Below are positions 34,301-37,300 of a stretch of 49,834 nucleotides of DNA, one piece after another. A program made the translations under genes and the position numbers. Below the pieces are notes generated by a model. It saw nothing but the letters and a program-made list of their open reading frames with translations. It made no database searches and was not told where the DNA came from. Position 1 is the stretch's first letter. The number at the start of each line of letters is the position of its first letter. The stretch comes from a virus (Duplodnaviria; Caudoviricetes). Where the stretch lies: positions 1 through 49,834 of the IMG/VR virus record IMGVR_UViG_3300012953_000046; one strand, written 5' to 3'.

Positions 34301-37300
34301 CACCAATTCCAGTCTGCTGAGACAGGTGCAGTTATTAGAGGTGTTGTTAAGGGTGGTGGATCATATACCCACTCATTCGTAAGTGCACTAGCTGATGGTA
34401 TTCAGTGGGAGAATTCAACAATTAAACTTGATGTTGGTGAATCACATGCTACTGGATATGGAGTATCTGCTGCATCATTCGTACCTGGTACAGGTCTTCT
34501 TACAGCAACAATCGGTAATCATCAGCTTAAGGTTGGTAATTACGTTAAGATTGCTAACAAGTCAATGGTCTTCCGTTGTGATCAAGATGGTCAGGCTTCC
34601 GATCATTGGTATCCACGTCCTACAGGATTTGGCGGTGCTTCTGGTAATGACCCTGCATACAATAATAGAGTTGAGATTACTGCCGTAACAGGTAATACAA
34701 TTACAGTTGACGTTGGTACTTCCTCTAACACTACAACTCATGCATTCCAGAATGCTAACTCTACCTACAACACAAGGACTGCATCATACAATCCTGGTAG
34801 TGGAGTAATGACACTTAGTATTCCTAAGACTACTAAGACTGCTTCGGGTGCAGCATACAACCCAACATCTGGTACTTTAGAATTAACAATTGGATCTGGT
34901 CATGGTCTGACTACTGACGATACTATTAAGTTATTACCTAACTCATTAGTATTCACATGTGATTATGGTGGAGATGGCAACGTAACTCAGGAAACATATC
35001 CTCGTGCTGCTGGTGCTGCTACATCATCTGGTGCTGACTACGCATACGATGCTGAGTTGGATATCACTGCTACAAGTGCATCAACAATCACAGTTAACGT
35101 TAACGGTGGTCAAGGTGCTGTTACTGACACAACTGCTCATGTATTCCAGTCTGCTACTGCAAATGGAATCTTGGTTGGAAACGGATTCATCAACGGTGAG
35201 TACGTTAAGATCGCTGACGATTCATTAACATTCACATGTGGTAAAGATAACAATATTACTAACCACTCATATCCTAGATCTTCAGATCCTTCAAGTGGAA
35301 GATGGTTGAAGATCTCTAATTGTAATTGTGATACATTTGATGTCCAAGTATTAAAAGACATACCTTCTACTAACACAACAGTACATAACTTCGTTTCATC
35401 TACTGCTGCTAACGTAACAAGATCTGTTATTACTATCGGTGGTGAGTATAACCATACATTCCATTCTGCTGCATCTAACGGTGTAACAGTTGGAGGTAAC
35501 TATACACATACATTCGCAAGTGCGAAAAATAACAGTTTACATAGACAGTCTGGTAAGATTACAGTTGATGTTAACATCGCTCCTTCTTCTGCTGATCTAT
35601 ATGATCATACATTCGTAAGTGCTCTAGCTGGTGCTGTTATAGGTGGTGGTAGTTACAGACATACCTTTGTATCTGCTGAAACAAATGGTGTTATTAAGGC
35701 AAATGATTATGTCATGTTTGATGACTTCTCATTAGGATTCACATGTGATCTTGATAAGGATGTTACTCCTCATACATACCCAAGACCTACTGACTATGCA
35801 AGTAACCAATGGTTACCAGTACATAACGTAGCTACATCTACATTTGATGTTGGTGTATTAGGATTTGATATGATTCCTTCTACATTCCTAGGAACTCATA
35901 CATTCTCACATGCTAAGAAGAAGGGTCTTAAGAAGCAAGACGGCACTATTACTGTTAACGTAGGTAAATCTCCAGCTGGAAATACATATCAGCATACATT
36001 TGTAAGTGCTAATGCTGGTGCTCTAGTTCAGGGTGGTAATTACAGACATACATTTGTATCTGCTGCTGCTAACTGTATTACTGTTGCCAATGATGGTACA
36101 CAACTAACACCTACAGACGCATACTATGAGCCTACAAGCGGTCAGTTAACTCTAACTGTTGCTGGTCATAGTCTTGGAACTGATGATTCTGTCGTTATCG
36201 CAAGTAATTCATTAACCTTTACTTGTGCACAGGATAGTAATACTACCAACCACACATATCCACGTATTACAGACTTTGCTGATGGTATGAAACTACCAGT
36301 GCAGAATGTTAAGTCATGGGCATGGCCTACAAGATCTGATCTTGATTACTATAGATCACGTCTAGTTGATCCTGCATATACTGGCAATGAGTCTTCTGCT
36401 GTAGAAAATGAAATTGGTAATCTTGTTACCTTCGCAACAGATGCATTCAGTAGTCCTAATACTATTGCTGGAAGATCTTACACCCTACCAACTGTATGGC
36501 CTGTTAAGTATACTCCTGATGTAGTTGCTAGAGATTTAACAATCACATACGATACATCTGGTGGTGGTCAAGATGCTAATGGTAACTGGGTTGGTACATG
36601 TAATGAAACTGCTTCTGCAATTAGCACAATTGCTGACATATACATTCAAACTATATCTCAAGCACAAAATAATAATCAAAACTATCTTGTTAATAACGTA
36701 ACTAAGACATTCCCATCTGCTTATACTAATACAGTATACCAGTCAGGTACATGTTATAACGTCCAGTCTGCAATCGATACCTTATTCGATAGCATGACTA
36801 GCACTCTCGGTGCTGGCACATATAATAACAAGATTATTGCTAATATGATCCTCTTTAATCAGCAAGCAATTGCTGGAAGAGCATTCGCTGATACACAAGC
36901 AAGTTATCCAACTACTACCTTAACTATTGACTTCTGTAACGATGTCCTTAAGGCAGTACGTTATGACTTGATTACTGGTGGTAACGCTGGATCATTCTCC
37001 CTAACACAACTATGGTTTGACGGTGAGGGTAACTTTATTGCATTCCCAGATGTTGTTAGATCTCAGATTCTATTTGCTCTAACAAGATGTAGAGAATACA
37101 TTAAGAGCATCATGTATCTTGCTGTTGCTGATAGTGTATGGAGTCAGTATGATGTATGGCAACCAACTGATAGACTTGAGTGGAATCAAGAAGCAGTCGA
37201 GTTTATAATTGACTCTTCACTTAACCCTATTGAGTTTGCTCTAGAGAGATCACAATTCCCAACAGAAGCAAGAGTCACATTCGTTGCATCTACTGATGCT

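Noticed and set aside
26790-36310. Possible CRISPR array or DGR template/variable repeat pair
   Set aside because: The repeats are in-frame protein repeats with divergent DNA; no constant repeat-spacer structure, no adenine-specific mismatch pair and no reverse transcriptase seen
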